In this document: one piece after another, positions 48,000 to 58,820 of the stretch | Numbering within the stretch: the first letter of the stretch is position 1 | Layout of the letters: every line of letters starts with the position of its first letter | Assembly (NCBI GenBank): GCA_965279035.1 | Contig: OZ257142.1 | Coordinates: forward strand, 3,392,001 to 3,456,000 | Length of the DNA: 64,000 nucleotides | Direction: 5' to 3' | Origin: Bacteroidia bacterium | GTDB lineage: Bacteria; Bacteroidota; Bacteroidia; M30B66 | Translations under genes and position numbers: made by a program | The notes under the pieces: generated by a model | Database searches by the model: none | Told to the model about the DNA's origin: nothing | The model's input: only the letters and a program-made list of their open reading frames with translations

Positions 48000-50102
48000 A
48001 TGTTCCTCCCAAAAAATCTTCTTCATCCCCGTATGGTATAAAACCATTTTGCTTCCGGAAGTAAATTGAAAAACTTCCTTGTCACTTGTCCTTCGGATAT
48101 CATCCCAAATCACTTCTGATTGCAGATTCAATTGTGAATCAATTAAGACTTTCTTCCCATTTTTCACACCCACATACCATCCTGCATCTTCTTGCAATTC
48201 ATCCCATTCGAATGGCAATAACACTGCTCCATCAGTTGATATAAGTCCGAATTTTCCTTTCTTCTTCACGCGGGCACGGCTATCTATAAACGGATAAGCT
48301 TCATCAAACTGTGCTTCAACGGCAATTTTTCCTTGAGAAGTTAAATATCCCCAGCGATTCTTCTTTTTGTATGGAGCTCTTCCCCAAATAAAATATCCGC
48401 TTTCCTCCCACTCCATGGGGATTACCAATTTTCCTTTCCGGTTGATGTAGCCTTTTTTTCCTTTTTTCTCCACCCGAGCCAATCCTTCGCTAAAGCCATC
48501 TACACCTAAAACTGGAGAGGAACAGGTTGGTTGAAACGGAATGACTTCTTTCCCGTTAATATCATAAAATGCACATTTCCCATCGCGACTAACACGGGCT
48601 AATCCTTCTTGAAACTTACCAATACGATCATTTTTGAGGGAGATAATTTCTTTCCCCATTTGATCGATTAATCCAACACGATCGTTTTTCATCACACGAA
48701 CGCGACCATTTTCAAACAAGATCACATCCTCATACAAAAAAGGAATTACCAACATCCCTGTTGTATCGACAAATCCTGTTAATCCATCTTTGGTTACTGC
48801 TGCCAAACCTTCAGAAAATGGATCCATGTTCTCATAAACCGGTTCCTGAATTATTTTTCCTTTCGGATCAGCAAACCCATAAAACTCTCCCTTGCTAATG
48901 ATATAATACCCATTGTCAGGACCATCCACAATTTCATATTCCATTGGTAGAATAACTTTTCCCCGTTGATCAATTATCCCATATAAACCATTCTTCTCCA
49001 CAACAGCTAATTGATTGTGGAATGGTTCTCCATCGTTATAAATTGGCTGTACCACACGAATACCAGCTTTGTTGATATATCCAACTTTTCCATCGAATCG
49101 CACCATAGCAAGATTTTCAGAAAACGACCAAACCTCTTCATACTGATAGCTTAAAACAACCTTTCCAGTTGAATCGACAAATCCCCACAATTCTCCTTGA
49201 ACCGCAGGATAGAGATGAATTCCTGCTAATTTGAAATCGCGATTTAGACGATCTGGATAAGGATATTCGGGGAAGGCTTTTTTGAATGCTTCGAAACTTT
49301 CTACCCGCTGATCGGAAGTAAAATCAGCATAGATTAAATCCCAAGCTTCATCAGCATTTCGATTTTTAGGGAAAGCTTTAACAAATTCGTATAAAGTTTC
49401 TCGAGTACGTTGCGGTGCCATCAAAGCATACAACGCATCTTCCGCTTCTCCTTTGTGCGCTGATGCTGGATATTTAGTGATAAACGCCGCAAACTGTTCA
49501 CGCGATTGCTCCTTGGTTTCTTCTAAGAACAGCACATCATCGAGCCTTCGTAAAGCTTGTTCCTTTTGAATTGCTTCTGGATAATTACTAAGAAATGCTT
49601 TCAAATCACCCGATTTTCCCAAACTATCTGCTAGGAAATATGCACGTGCCATTTCTAATTTATAAGCCTCATCTAAGTGATTGGATTGTTTGAAAAATGA
49701 GCGAAAATAGGAGTAGCTTGATGGTGTATTTTGTTGTTTAGCTCGAAAAAAAGCTGCTTCCAAAACTCGGTTTTTCAATCCCGAAATAGCAGTATCGGAA
49801 ATACCATATTCTAAGAGATCAATTTTTTTCGAAGGAGTTAAAATCTTCCAAGCTGAATCAGCTTTGAGCATATTCACATAAGCCGAATCGAGTGAATGAA
49901 AATGATTCAGTTTATCGTATCGCACTTGAGCTAATCCGAAATATGCAGGAACTGGATTCTTTTTCAGTTTAGCTGTAAATACCTTTTTCGCTAAAAAAAA
50001 ATCATACTGCTTTAATGCCGCAAAGCCCTTTTCTAATGACTGTGAATAAGCTGACAGACTAAGAAAAAGCGATAAAAAAAGGATGACAACGCGAAAAAGC
50101 AT
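47997..50102 (-). CDS. WG (KWG Leptospira) repeat-containing secreted protein
   Basis: Repeats of WGFVDSTG..FSENLA.V..GYINKAG type; helical N-half; ATG 50102 preferred over 50120. Confidence 0.9.
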   Translation of the reverse strand: MLFRVVILFLSLFLSLSAYSQSLEKGFAALKQYDFFLAKKVFTAKLKKNPVPAYFGLAQVRYDKLNHFHSLDSAYVNMLKADSAWKILTPSKKIDLLEYGISDTAISGLKNRVLEAAFFRAKQQNTPSSYSYFRSFFKQSNHLDEAYKLEMARAYFLADSLGKSGDLKAFLSNYPEAIQKEQALRRLDDVLFLEETKEQSREQFAAFITKYPASAHKGEAEDALYALMAPQRTRETLYEFVKAFPKNRNADEAWDLIYADFTSDQRVESFEAFKKAFPEYPYPDRLNRDFKLAGIHLYPAVQGELWGFVDSTGKVVLSYQYEEVWSFSENLAMVRFDGKVGYINKAGIRVVQPIYNDGEPFHNQLAVVEKNGLYGIIDQRGKVILPMEYEIVDGPDNGYYIISKGEFYGFADPKGKIIQEPVYENMDPFSEGLAAVTKDGLTGFVDTTGMLVIPFLYEDVILFENGRVRVMKNDRVGLIDQMGKEIISLKNDRIGKFQEGLARVSRDGKCAFYDINGKEVIPFQPTCSSPVLGVDGFSEGLARVEKKGKKGYINRKGKLVIPMEWEESGYFIWGRAPYKKKNRWGYLTSQGKIAVEAQFDEAYPFIDSRARVKKKGKFGLISTDGAVLLPFEWDELQEDAGWYVGVKNGKKVLIDSQLNLQSEVIWDDIRRTSDKEVFQFTSGSKMVLYHTGMKKIFWEEH

Positions 50103-50208
50103 GCTGCAAATATAGGGCATGGGTAATTGCTCTTGGAAATTGAATGGTTACAATTAATACAAAAGCAAATTGAACTAGTCGCAACGCAGCTATTTTTTGA
50201 TAATATGT

Positions 50209-51579
50209 CACACCCGTCCAAGACGTTTTAAAATAGGGTAAAAAAATAGAGTTGGTCCGGATTAAATCCGGTATGTTTGAGTTACGACACAAAAACATAA
50301 ACCAACTCCGGCATGAAGATCACATTATTTGCTCAGATATTCCAAAAAATTAAGCGAGATTCTTTCAATAAACTAGTAGAAAAGTTTGAGTCCAATAAAC
50401 ATTGTAAAGGCAATGATGCTTGGTCTCACTTTGTGACAATGGTTTTTTGCCAGTTTTCCAAGTCTAATAGCTTAAATGACGTTTGCAATGGAATGCGATC
50501 AGCAACAGGCGATTTAAATCATCTGGGAGTGTCAAAAGCCATGAGGCGATCATCGTTGGCATATAATAACCAACATCGCAACTGGGAGCTGTTTCAAGCG
50601 ATGTATTTTAACTTGTATGAGCAGTTTGAATCAACCTTAAAAACAAGCCGAAAGCTGCTTCCCAAACGTAAAATCTATCTGCTCGATTCAACCACGATTG
50701 ACCTTTGTCTTAAAGTGTTCGACTGGGCACTATTTCGAAAGAAGAAGGGAGCTATAAAACTTCACACAGTCCTTGACTTTGACGGCTGTATGCCCGTTTT
50801 TGCTGATTTGAGTGATGGCAAAAAGCACGATGTAAATGCAGCACATGATATTGAATTTCCCACAGGAAGCATTGTTGTAGCTGATAGAGGATATGTCGAT
50901 TTTAACTGGATGAGAAAATTAGATGAACAAGGAGTATTCTTTGTTATTCGAGGAAAAGAAAACATTCAGTTTGAACTTTATGAGCGAACTAAGAGCCCAA
51001 CCGATGAAGCAAATCCAGACTTGCAATACGACTGGAAAGGCTTTTTGAGTTTACCTCAATCAAAAGAAAAATACCCGCAAAAGCTCCGAATGGTTCAGAT
51101 CTGGGATGAAGAACAACAGATATATCTTGAACTTCTTACAAACAATTTTTCTTGGACAGCATCGACCATTTCAGAACTATATAAACGTAGATGGAGCATC
51201 GAATCGTTCTTCAAGGAGATCAAAACACACCTGAAAATCAAGTCTTTCATAGGAACCAGCATGAATGCTGTTCTGATACAGATTTGGACAGCACTAATCA
51301 CCATACTGCTTTTAAAGACACTTCAAAAGGAAGCAAAACACTCTTGGCACCTCTCAAATTTGGTGTCCTTTATTCGATTAAATCTCTTTGTGAAAATTGA
51401 CCTCAAAAAATGGCTTGATAAACCCTTTTTAGATGATGACGAAATTGATAAACTGGAATTACAAATGTCCCTTTTTTAAATTATAGAGGGTTTAATTTTC
51501 AAAAGAGCGTTCTTTGATGAGTAATCTCGCATCAAATCAGGATTGTATTTTCGTTATACAAACGTCTTGGACGGGTGTG
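50209..51579 (+). mobile_element. IS4-family insertion sequence (1371 bp)
   Basis: Perfect 20-bp TIRs CACACCCGTCCAAGACGTTT (50209-50228 and 51560-51579); 9-bp TSD ATAATATGT (50200-50208 and 51580-51588). Confidence 0.95.
50313..51479 (+). CDS. IS4-family DDE transposase (DUF4372 N-domain)
   Basis: LLDSTTI, VADRGY, YKRRWSIESFFKEIK (YREK-like signature). Confidence 0.95.
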   Translation: MKITLFAQIFQKIKRDSFNKLVEKFESNKHCKGNDAWSHFVTMVFCQFSKSNSLNDVCNGMRSATGDLNHLGVSKAMRRSSLAYNNQHRNWELFQAMYFNLYEQFESTLKTSRKLLPKRKIYLLDSTTIDLCLKVFDWALFRKKKGAIKLHTVLDFDGCMPVFADLSDGKKHDVNAAHDIEFPTGSIVVADRGYVDFNWMRKLDEQGVFFVIRGKENIQFELYERTKSPTDEANPDLQYDWKGFLSLPQSKEKYPQKLRMVQIWDEEQQIYLELLTNNFSWTASTISELYKRRWSIESFFKEIKTHLKIKSFIGTSMNAVLIQIWTALITILLLKTLQKEAKHSWHLSNLVSFIRLNLFVKIDLKKWLDKPFLDDDEIDKLELQMSLF

Positions 51580-51667
51580 ATAATATGTAACAATTAGAAC
51601 TATTAGCTTCGAATAATTAAAAATAATTTCTAAGTTTACTCATACTCAAAATTATAAACTCCATTTT

Positions 51668-52174
51668 ATGAAAATACGTCTGTTTGTTCTGTTAACATTA
51701 GCACTCACATCATTCAAAGTGAATGCACAACAACTCTATTTTTATTTGAATGATGGATCCATGCAAATGTATGCTATCGATGAAGTTCGTCGAATGGACT
51801 TTGATTCGACAAACATCAACATACGTTTGACCGATGAAAGTGTTGTTTCGATTGAGTTGGATGCTTTATTAAAATATCAATATTACCCTGGAAATATTAC
51901 TCAGGTTGAAGCAATTTCAGATCGCCCTTCATTAAATTTCTATCCTAATCCAGCAGATCAACAATTGAATGTTCGTTATGCATTACCCAATATTGCCTCA
52001 AATGTGCAAGTTCGCATTCATAATCTCAAAGGTGAAAAACTATTGGAACAAACAGTAAAATCAAGCCCTTCAGGTGAATTAGCTCTTGATTTAACCAAGT
52101 TCGCAGCCGGACAATACTTTTGCACACTTACTTCAGGTGAATTAGTGATTTCGAAAGCGTTTATGAAAAATTAA
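51668..52174 (+). CDS. Small T9SS type A sorting domain-containing protein
   Basis: Signal peptide; FYPNPA..IHNLKGE..LDLTKFAAGQYF..KAFMKN. Confidence 0.85.
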   Translation: MKIRLFVLLTLALTSFKVNAQQLYFYLNDGSMQMYAIDEVRRMDFDSTNINIRLTDESVVSIELDALLKYQYYPGNITQVEAISDRPSLNFYPNPADQQLNVRYALPNIASNVQVRIHNLKGEKLLEQTVKSSPSGELALDLTKFAAGQYFCTLTSGELVISKAFMKN

Positions 52175-52175
52175 T

Positions 52176-52206
52176 AGTAGAAAGTACAAAGTAGAAAGTG
52201 TAAAGT
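52176..52206. repeat. 7-mer array AGTnnAA x4 (left arm)
   Basis: agtagaa agtacaa agtagaa agtgtaa agt. Confidence 0.75.
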
Positions 52207-52230
52207 TGTTCACGGATAATATGAATTCTT

Positions 52231-52581
52231 ATGCGCATAGAAAGATTTGAGGATGCAATTGCATGGCAAAAGTCGAAAGTTTTGTGTGTAGAGGTTTATA
52301 AGCAATTTGAAAACAGCAAAGACTTTGGCTTCAAAGATCAAATTCAACGAGCTGCAGTATCTGTGATGAATAATATCGCTGAAGGTTTTGAGCGAAAAGG
52401 AAACAAGGAATTCGCTTATTTTCTATATGTCGCTAAAGGCTCCTGCGGAGAAGTTCGTTCAATGCTAATTCTGGCTAAAGAACTCAACAAAATTTCTGAA
52501 AACATTCAAAAATCACTTTCTGCTTTAGCCGAGGAAGTCTCCAAAATAATCTCCGGCCTAATCAAATCCATTACCACCTGA
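52231..52581 (+). CDS. Four helix bundle protein (23S rRNA IVP / bAvd-like family)
   Basis: FEDAIAWQKS..KDFGFKDQIQRAAVSVMNNIAEGFER..FLYVAKGSCGEVRSML. Confidence 0.93.
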   Translation: MRIERFEDAIAWQKSKVLCVEVYKQFENSKDFGFKDQIQRAAVSVMNNIAEGFERKGNKEFAYFLYVAKGSCGEVRSMLILAKELNKISENIQKSLSALAEEVSKIISGLIKSITT

Positions 52582-52604
52582 AAAACTTTCCAACCCTATA
52601 ACCA

Positions 52605-52693
52605 TTCTACTTTCAACTTCATACTCTACACATTATACTCTCCCCTTTCCGCAAGCATTCCCCCTTTCTACTTTCCTCTTTTTACTTTATACT
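52605..52693. repeat. 7-mer array TTnnACT (right arm, inverted relative to the left arm)
   Basis: ttctact ttcaact tcatact ctacaca ttatact .. ttctact ttcctct ttttact ttatact. Confidence 0.75.
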
Positions 52694-52705
52694 TAAGTGA
52701 AGCCC

Positions 52706-54829
52706 ATGAAAAACCTATATACCACATTTTTCCTCATAAGCTTTGGAATAATTGCTAGCCTCTCTGCCCAAACCCTCAAAAACATCCACCGTCACAACCA
52801 GCCGGTGCTGCGTATTCCAACGCATTTGATCGATAAGGTTGAAACCGCCGATATCAATGGAGAGCGGATGTTAAAGGTAATTCAGCTAAATGGCTTTGTT
52901 TCACAAATTCCACTTTCTCAAATCGATAGCATCACACACAGTGAAGGACAAGCGGTAGATCCAGCCCAACTCGGAAATCTGCGCACGGCTAGTGTAATGG
53001 GCGTGGTAACTGGCCCAACAGGCGCTCCGGAAATGAATGCAATCGTTCGTTCGCCCTATGGCGGCGAAGAAACCCGCACCGATCCCAATGGCGTGTTTTT
53101 CCTAAACAACATTTTGGTTTACGACAAACTCGGGTATATCACCATTACGAAACCGGGCTTTCACCAAGGCTCTCGTAGTTTTTTACCTTTAGAAAATGGC
53201 AGCAATCGGTTGAATGTGCAACTTTTATCGATGATACAGTCAGGTTCTTTCAGCGCTGTAACAGGTGGAACGGTCACATCCGGTTTATTGCAACTCAGCT
53301 TTCCTGCAAATGCCATCCAACTCAACGGACAACCATACTCTGGAACTGTTAATGTCTTTGCTGAGGCTTTAGACCCAACATCAACCGCCATGTTCGACCA
53401 AATACCAGGCGAATTGCTCGGTGGGATGAACGATTCACTTCGTTTACTTCGCTCTTTCGGCATGGCTGGTATTGAACTGCGCGATGAGAACATGAATGAA
53501 TTGCAATTGGCAGATAGTGTCTTTTCTACTTTAACTTTTACAATTCCTGCCTCATTACAAGCCGAAGCTCCAACAACAATCGATTGGTGGAGTTTTGATG
53601 AAGAACAGGGCATTTGGATTCATGAAGGAATGGCGCTTAAGCAGGGTAATCAATATGTAGGACAGGCAAGTCATTTTTCTTGGTGGAGCTTAGAGGTTCC
53701 GGGCACATTTAATGAGTTTTATGGTATTGTGAATTCAAGTTCAGGTGCTCCAGTTAGTGATGCACAATTAAAATTGATTTCTCCAACCAATGGAAATGCA
53801 TTTAATTATACAAGTTCTTTCGGTGAATTTAGTGGCCGTATACCAAAAAACCAAACTTTGATTCTAAACATCAATTTAATTTGTGACACATCAAACACAT
53901 GGGCATTAGCTCATTCTGAAGATATTATAAGTGATGATGCAACAATTTCAGGTAATTACATTGCTGAATTGAACGGATACTATCCAATAACTGGAATGGT
54001 TGTCGATTGTGAAAGTCAGCCGATTGAATCAGGTTATGTAAAAATAGGATTACAAGTATTTTTAACAATAAACGGAGAGTTTACTATTCAAACGTGCCAA
54101 ATTGGGGAGTATTCATTACGTGGATTTAACATAAGTAATCCAGACTCTATCCTAATAAGCGATTTGATGAATGTTCAAGTTGACATAGATGGAACCGATG
54201 CAGGGAATTTAGTTGCATGTTCAACTATGCTTAGCTCAGTAAATGACATTGATGGAAATGTTTATGAAACTGTACTAATTGGTGATCAATGGTGGATGGC
54301 AGAGAACTTACGCACCACTAGCTATTCCAATGGTGATGCTATACCAAATGTAACTAACAATACTGCTTGGACACAGGTCGGAAACGGTGCTTATTGCTAT
54401 TTAAATAACCTTTATGTTAATAATACTTTGTATGGTGCGCTCTACAATTGGTACACTACGGTTGACCCTAGAAATCTTTGCCCAGTAGATTGGCATGTTC
54501 CTACTGATCATGAATGGACAATATTAATAGAATATTTAGGTGGAGAATCGCTTGCTGGTGGGAAAATGAAATCAGTAACGAGTTGGGATTCGCCTAATAC
54601 GGCTGCAAACAACGAAAGTGGCTTTTCTGGTCTCGGCGGTGGTTGGCGTGCAAACGTTGATGGCACTTTTTCAAATGTTGGATTCGGCGGTTATTGGTGG
54701 AGCTCAACTGAAAACGTTATCCCAGGTTCCGGATCATTGGTCCGCGTTCTTAACAATTACACTGGTAATGTAAACAGATATTTCTTCGATAGCTGGATTG
54801 GTTTATCTGTCCGCTGCATCAAGGATTAA
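52706..54829 (+). CDS. Secreted protein with C-terminal FISUMP (Fib_succ_major) domain
   Basis: DIDGNVYETVLIGDQWWMAENL, YGALYNWY, CPVDWHVPT..EW, GYWWSST, GLSVRCIKD; ATG 52706 (GTG 52697 alternative). Confidence 0.9.
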   Translation: MKNLYTTFFLISFGIIASLSAQTLKNIHRHNQPVLRIPTHLIDKVETADINGERMLKVIQLNGFVSQIPLSQIDSITHSEGQAVDPAQLGNLRTASVMGVVTGPTGAPEMNAIVRSPYGGEETRTDPNGVFFLNNILVYDKLGYITITKPGFHQGSRSFLPLENGSNRLNVQLLSMIQSGSFSAVTGGTVTSGLLQLSFPANAIQLNGQPYSGTVNVFAEALDPTSTAMFDQIPGELLGGMNDSLRLLRSFGMAGIELRDENMNELQLADSVFSTLTFTIPASLQAEAPTTIDWWSFDEEQGIWIHEGMALKQGNQYVGQASHFSWWSLEVPGTFNEFYGIVNSSSGAPVSDAQLKLISPTNGNAFNYTSSFGEFSGRIPKNQTLILNINLICDTSNTWALAHSEDIISDDATISGNYIAELNGYYPITGMVVDCESQPIESGYVKIGLQVFLTINGEFTIQTCQIGEYSLRGFNISNPDSILISDLMNVQVDIDGTDAGNLVACSTMLSSVNDIDGNVYETVLIGDQWWMAENLRTTSYSNGDAIPNVTNNTAWTQVGNGAYCYLNNLYVNNTLYGALYNWYTTVDPRNLCPVDWHVPTDHEWTILIEYLGGESLAGGKMKSVTSWDSPNTAANNESGFSGLGGGWRANVDGTFSNVGFGGYWWSSTENVIPGSGSLVRVLNNYTGNVNRYFFDSWIGLSVRCIKD

Positions 54830-54982
54830 CACTTAAGAAGACGATTCAATCGAATCGTAGAATAAATTACACAATACTAAAGGCTAAATCTGTTTAGTTT
54901 GAAGTTGTATGTTGCACACTACCGATAAATCCTCCTAAGGGATTGCCCATACGGACAAGTCGCGGAAAGCTAACAGCATATA

Positions 54983-55129
54983 CCTTCGCTAAAGCTTCGG
55001 CATACACGAGCCCGACTCCTTTAGATGCAAGCCTACGCATCGACAAGCTCAGCGTGCGGTACTCGCTCCCTGAGCCTGTCGAAGGGAGCACATCAAAAAT
55101 CACCAGCACATTAGCACACCAGCACACCA
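54983..55129. repeat. Composite REP-like cluster plus 8-mer array
   Basis: CCTTCGCTAAAGCTTCGG (54983-55000); inverted pair TCGACAAGCTCAG / CTGAGCCTGTCGA (55040-55082); GCACAYYA-like units (55088-55129). Confidence 0.65.
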
Positions 55130-55132
55130 ACT

Positions 55133-58100
55133 CTACATATTTCTCCGGTACTGCCCTCCAACCTCAAACAAGGAACTAGTAATTTGACCGAGTGATGCGT
55201 ATTTGCTCACTTCCATCAATTGTTCGAAAATGTTCTGGTTGAGGACTGCTGCTTCTTGGAGCTTGCGTAAAAGCTCGTCGATGCGGTTTGAGTTGCGGGT
55301 GTGAAGGTCCTTGAGCATATCGATTTGATACTGCTTTTCTTCTTCCGAAGCACGAATGACTTCTTTCGGTAAAACCGTTGGAGAACCTTTGGAACTGAGG
55401 AAAGTATTCACACCAATGATTGGGAATTCGCCTGTATGCTTTTGCATTTCGTAGTACATCGACTCTTCCTGAATCTTACTGCGCTGATACATGGTTTCCA
55501 TCGCTCCTAATACGCCTCCGCGCTCGGTAATGCGATCGAATTCGGCGTAGATGGCTTCTTCTACCAAATCAGTCAATTCTTCAATGATGAACGAACCTTG
55601 AATCGGGTTTTCGTTCTTCGCTAAACCAAGCTCTTTGTTGATGATGAGCTGAATGGCCATGGCACGACGAACAGATTCTTCCGTAGGCGTAGTAATCGCT
55701 TCATCGTAGGCATTGGTGTGCAAGGAATTACAGTTGTCGTATATCGCATACAAGGCTTGAAGCGTCGTACGAATATCATTGAAATCGATTTCCTGTGCGT
55801 GTAGCGAACGACCCGAGGTTTGGATGTGGTATTTCAACATCTGACTGCGTTCGTTTCCACCGTATTTCAACTTCATGGCTTTTGCCCAAATACGACGAGC
55901 TACTCGACCAATTACCGCATACTCAGGATCGATTCCGTTGCTGAAGAAGAAACTCAAATTCGGTGCAAAATCATCGATGTGCATTCCACGACTCAGGTAA
56001 TATTCCACGAACGTGAAACCATTCGAAAGCGTGAATGCCAGTTGCGTGATTGGATTCGCACCCGCTTCTGCAATGTGGTAACCAGAAATGGAAACGCTAT
56101 AGAAATTGCGGATTTTCTCGCTGATGAAATACTGCTGAATATCGCCCATCATTCGAAGCGCGAATTCGGTACTGAAAATACAAGTGTTTTGCGCCTGATC
56201 TTCTTTTAAAATATCTGCTTGAACGGTTCCGCGAACAACGCTCAATGTTTTGGCTTTGATGCCAGCATACACATCGGCAGGAAGCACCTGATCGCCCGTT
56301 ACGCCGAGAAGTAATAAACCCAATCCGTTATTGCCTTCTGGAAGTTCGCCTTGATACATCGGACGCTTCATTCCTTTAGCTGCAAAGAGCTCATCAATCT
56401 TGGCATTTACCTCATCTAGCAATCCATTTTGACGAATATAAACCTCGCATTGCTGATCAATAGCAGCATTCATGAAAAAGCCTAACAGCATCGGAGCCGG
56501 ACCGTTAATGGTCATCGAAACCGAAGTGCTTGGGGCACATAAATCGAAACCGGAATAGAGTTTTTTCGCATCATCGAGACAGCAAATACTCACACCCGAA
56601 TTCCCAATTTTCCCGTAAATATCAGGACGAAGATCGGGGTCATTTCCATAAAGCGTAACCGAATCAAATGCCGTCGACAAACGTGCTGCTGGCATGCCTT
56701 TGCTCACGTAATGGAAACGACGATTGGTGCGTTCTGGTCCACCTTCTCCAGCAAACATGCGTGTTGGATCTTCTCCTTCGCGTTTGAATGGATAAATTCC
56801 TGCAGCAAATGGAAATTCGCCTGGAACATTTTCGGTAAGCGACCAACGTAAAATTCCGCCCCAGTTCTTGTATGCTGGAGTAACAACTTTAGGAATGCGG
56901 CTTTGTGAAAGACTTACGGTATGTGTGGCAATCTTGAGTTCTTTGTCGCGCACTTTAAAGATGAAATATTCATCCTTGTAGCTTTGGCGTTTGGCTTCCC
57001 ATTGTTCGATGAGCAACCAATTTTTAGGATCGAGTTCGAGTTTCACGCGATCAAATTCCGCCTGAAGTACTTTTAGAATGTCAGCTTCAGCGCCCTTCTC
57101 CCCTCTCCCGAGGAGAGGGGCCGGGGGTGAGGTCCTCAAATGCCCCATTGTGACATTTATCGCATATAATTTCTCAGCTACTTCCGATTGTTTCTCTACC
57201 CAGCTATTGTAATTCCGATTGTTCTCGGTGATTTCGCTGAGGTAACGCGTACGATTCGGTGGAATGACATAAATCTTCTCGCTCATTTCTTGCGTAACCA
57301 CATAGCCCGACTTCAACTCAGCACCTGTGCGTTCCACAATGGTATCCATGATGCGACGATACAGGTTGTTCATGCCCGGATCGTTGAATTGAGAAGCGAT
57401 GGTACCAAAAACTGGCATTTCTTCCGGTGGTGTATCCCACAAATTATGATTGCGCTGGTACTGCTTTTTCACATCACGCAAGGCATCCAAGGCCCCACGT
57501 TTATCGAATTTATTGAGCGCGATTAAATCTGCAAAATCGAGCATGTCAATCTTCTCGAGTTGTGTGGCAGCGCCATATTCTGGCGTCATCACATACAAGC
57601 TCACATCGCTATGATCCAAGATTTCGGTATCACTTTGTCCAATTCCGGATGTTTCTAGAATGATTAAGTCATAGTTAGCTGCTTTCAGCACAGCTACTGC
57701 TTCTTTCACGTGCTTACTCAATGCCAAATTGCTTTGACGAGTAGCCAAAGAACGCATGTAGACACGTGGATTGCGAATGGCATTCATACGAATACGATCG
57801 CCTAGTAATGCCCCGCCCGTTTTGCGTTTAGAAGGATCAACTGAAATAACACCGATGTGTTTTTCCGGAAAATCGATTAGGAAACGACGTACTAATTCGT
57901 CCACCAAAGAACTCTTCCCTGCTCCACCCGTTCCTGTAATTCCCAGGACCGGTGATTTACTTGCAGCAGCTAATTCGTGAATACGATCGAAAGAATTACC
58001 CACCGCATCAGGATGATTTTCGGCCATGCTGATTAATCGCGCAATGGACTTCCAATCTTTCTCTGCCAAATGGTTGACTTCCCCATTGAGTTGAGAAACG

Positions 58101-58537
58101 GTATCAAAATCACAGCGCGACATTAAATCGTTGATCATGCCTTGTAATCCCATGCTTCGTCCGTCATCGGGATGATACAAGCGTGAAATTCCATATTGCT
58201 GCAATTCCTCAATTTCGGAAGGCAAAATAGTTCCGCCACCGCCACCTAAAATGCGGATATGACCAGCGCCTTTCTCATGAAGTAAGTCGTACATGTACTT
58301 GAAATACTCCACGTGACCACCTTGGTAGGAAGTCATAGCAATGGCTTGAGCATCCTCTTGAATGGCGCAATTCACGACTTCTTCCACCGAGCGGTCGTGA
58401 CCGAGGTGAATAACTTCGGCTCCTGAACTTTGGATGATACGGCGCATGATGTTAATGGCAGCATCGTGCCCATCGAAGAGGGAGGCTGCCGTAACGATAC
58501 GGATCTTATGCTGAGGCTGGTAAACAGATGTTTCCAT
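55133..58537 (-). CDS. icmF: Fused isobutyryl-CoA mutase (B12-binding, MeaB GTPase and mutase domains)
   Basis: [61 protein letters not shown]; ATG 58537 with TATCTTTG box at 58562-58569. Confidence 0.95.
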   Translation of the reverse strand: METSVYQPQHKIRIVTAASLFDGHDAAINIMRRIIQSSGAEVIHLGHDRSVEEVVNCAIQEDAQAIAMTSYQGGHVEYFKYMYDLLHEKGAGHIRILGGGGGTILPSEIEELQQYGISRLYHPDDGRSMGLQGMINDLMSRCDFDTVSQLNGEVNHLAEKDWKSIARLISMAENHPDAVGNSFDRIHELAAASKSPVLGITGTGGAGKSSLVDELVRRFLIDFPEKHIGVISVDPSKRKTGGALLGDRIRMNAIRNPRVYMRSLATRQSNLALSKHVKEAVAVLKAANYDLIILETSGIGQSDTEILDHSDVSLYVMTPEYGAATQLEKIDMLDFADLIALNKFDKRGALDALRDVKKQYQRNHNLWDTPPEEMPVFGTIASQFNDPGMNNLYRRIMDTIVERTGAELKSGYVVTQEMSEKIYVIPPNRTRYLSEITENNRNYNSWVEKQSEVAEKLYAINVTMGHLRTSPPAPLLGRGEKGAEADILKVLQAEFDRVKLELDPKNWLLIEQWEAKRQSYKDEYFIFKVRDKELKIATHTVSLSQSRIPKVVTPAYKNWGGILRWSLTENVPGEFPFAAGIYPFKREGEDPTRMFAGEGGPERTNRRFHYVSKGMPAARLSTAFDSVTLYGNDPDLRPDIYGKIGNSGVSICCLDDAKKLYSGFDLCAPSTSVSMTINGPAPMLLGFFMNAAIDQQCEVYIRQNGLLDEVNAKIDELFAAKGMKRPMYQGELPEGNNGLGLLLLGVTGDQVLPADVYAGIKAKTLSVVRGTVQADILKEDQAQNTCIFSTEFALRMMGDIQQYFISEKIRNFYSVSISGYHIAEAGANPITQLAFTLSNGFTFVEYYLSRGMHIDDFAPNLSFFFSNGIDPEYAVIGRVARRIWAKAMKLKYGGNERSQMLKYHIQTSGRSLHAQEIDFNDIRTTLQALYAIYDNCNSLHTNAYDEAITTPTEESVRRAMAIQLIINKELGLAKNENPIQGSFIIEELTDLVEEAIYAEFDRITERGGVLGAMETMYQRSKIQEESMYYEMQKHTGEFPIIGVNTFLSSKGSPTVLPKEVIRASEEEKQYQIDMLKDLHTRNSNRIDELLRKLQEAAVLNQNIFEQLMEVSKYASLGQITSSLFEVGGQYRRNM
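57098..57133. repeat. REP-like palindrome inserted in frame in icmF
   Basis: CCCCTCTCC-cga-GGAGAGGGG-CCGGGGGTGAGGT; translated as [12 protein letters not shown]. Confidence 0.75.
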
Positions 58538-58820
58538 GCTAATCAATAGATTTTGGGGTGACAAAGATAAGCAGAAGGTGATTAGACATTAATAGTCAAA
58601 ATGAGTAAATAGACGTTAATATTAAAATCAAAAGAACAATAAACATATTGGTCAACACAAAACAAAAAACAAATACATCTATAAATTATATTTAATAATG
58701 AACATTATCACATCAACTATTCTTAATACTTTCGTCCAATTAACGAGAGAGCAAATGTCAAGAATTGCAAGGAGAATGAATTATTTGAAAATATCTAAAT
58801 AGAATATTTAAAACAAGATT

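Noticed and set aside
47873-48064. Cys/Trp-rich 63-aa ORF, and similar ORFs at 54894-55179
   Set aside because: Translation artefacts of the octamer and REP repeats
51668-55132. Complete diversity-generating retroelement
   Set aside because: No reverse transcriptase and no template repeat seen in the window; kept only as a possible remote target
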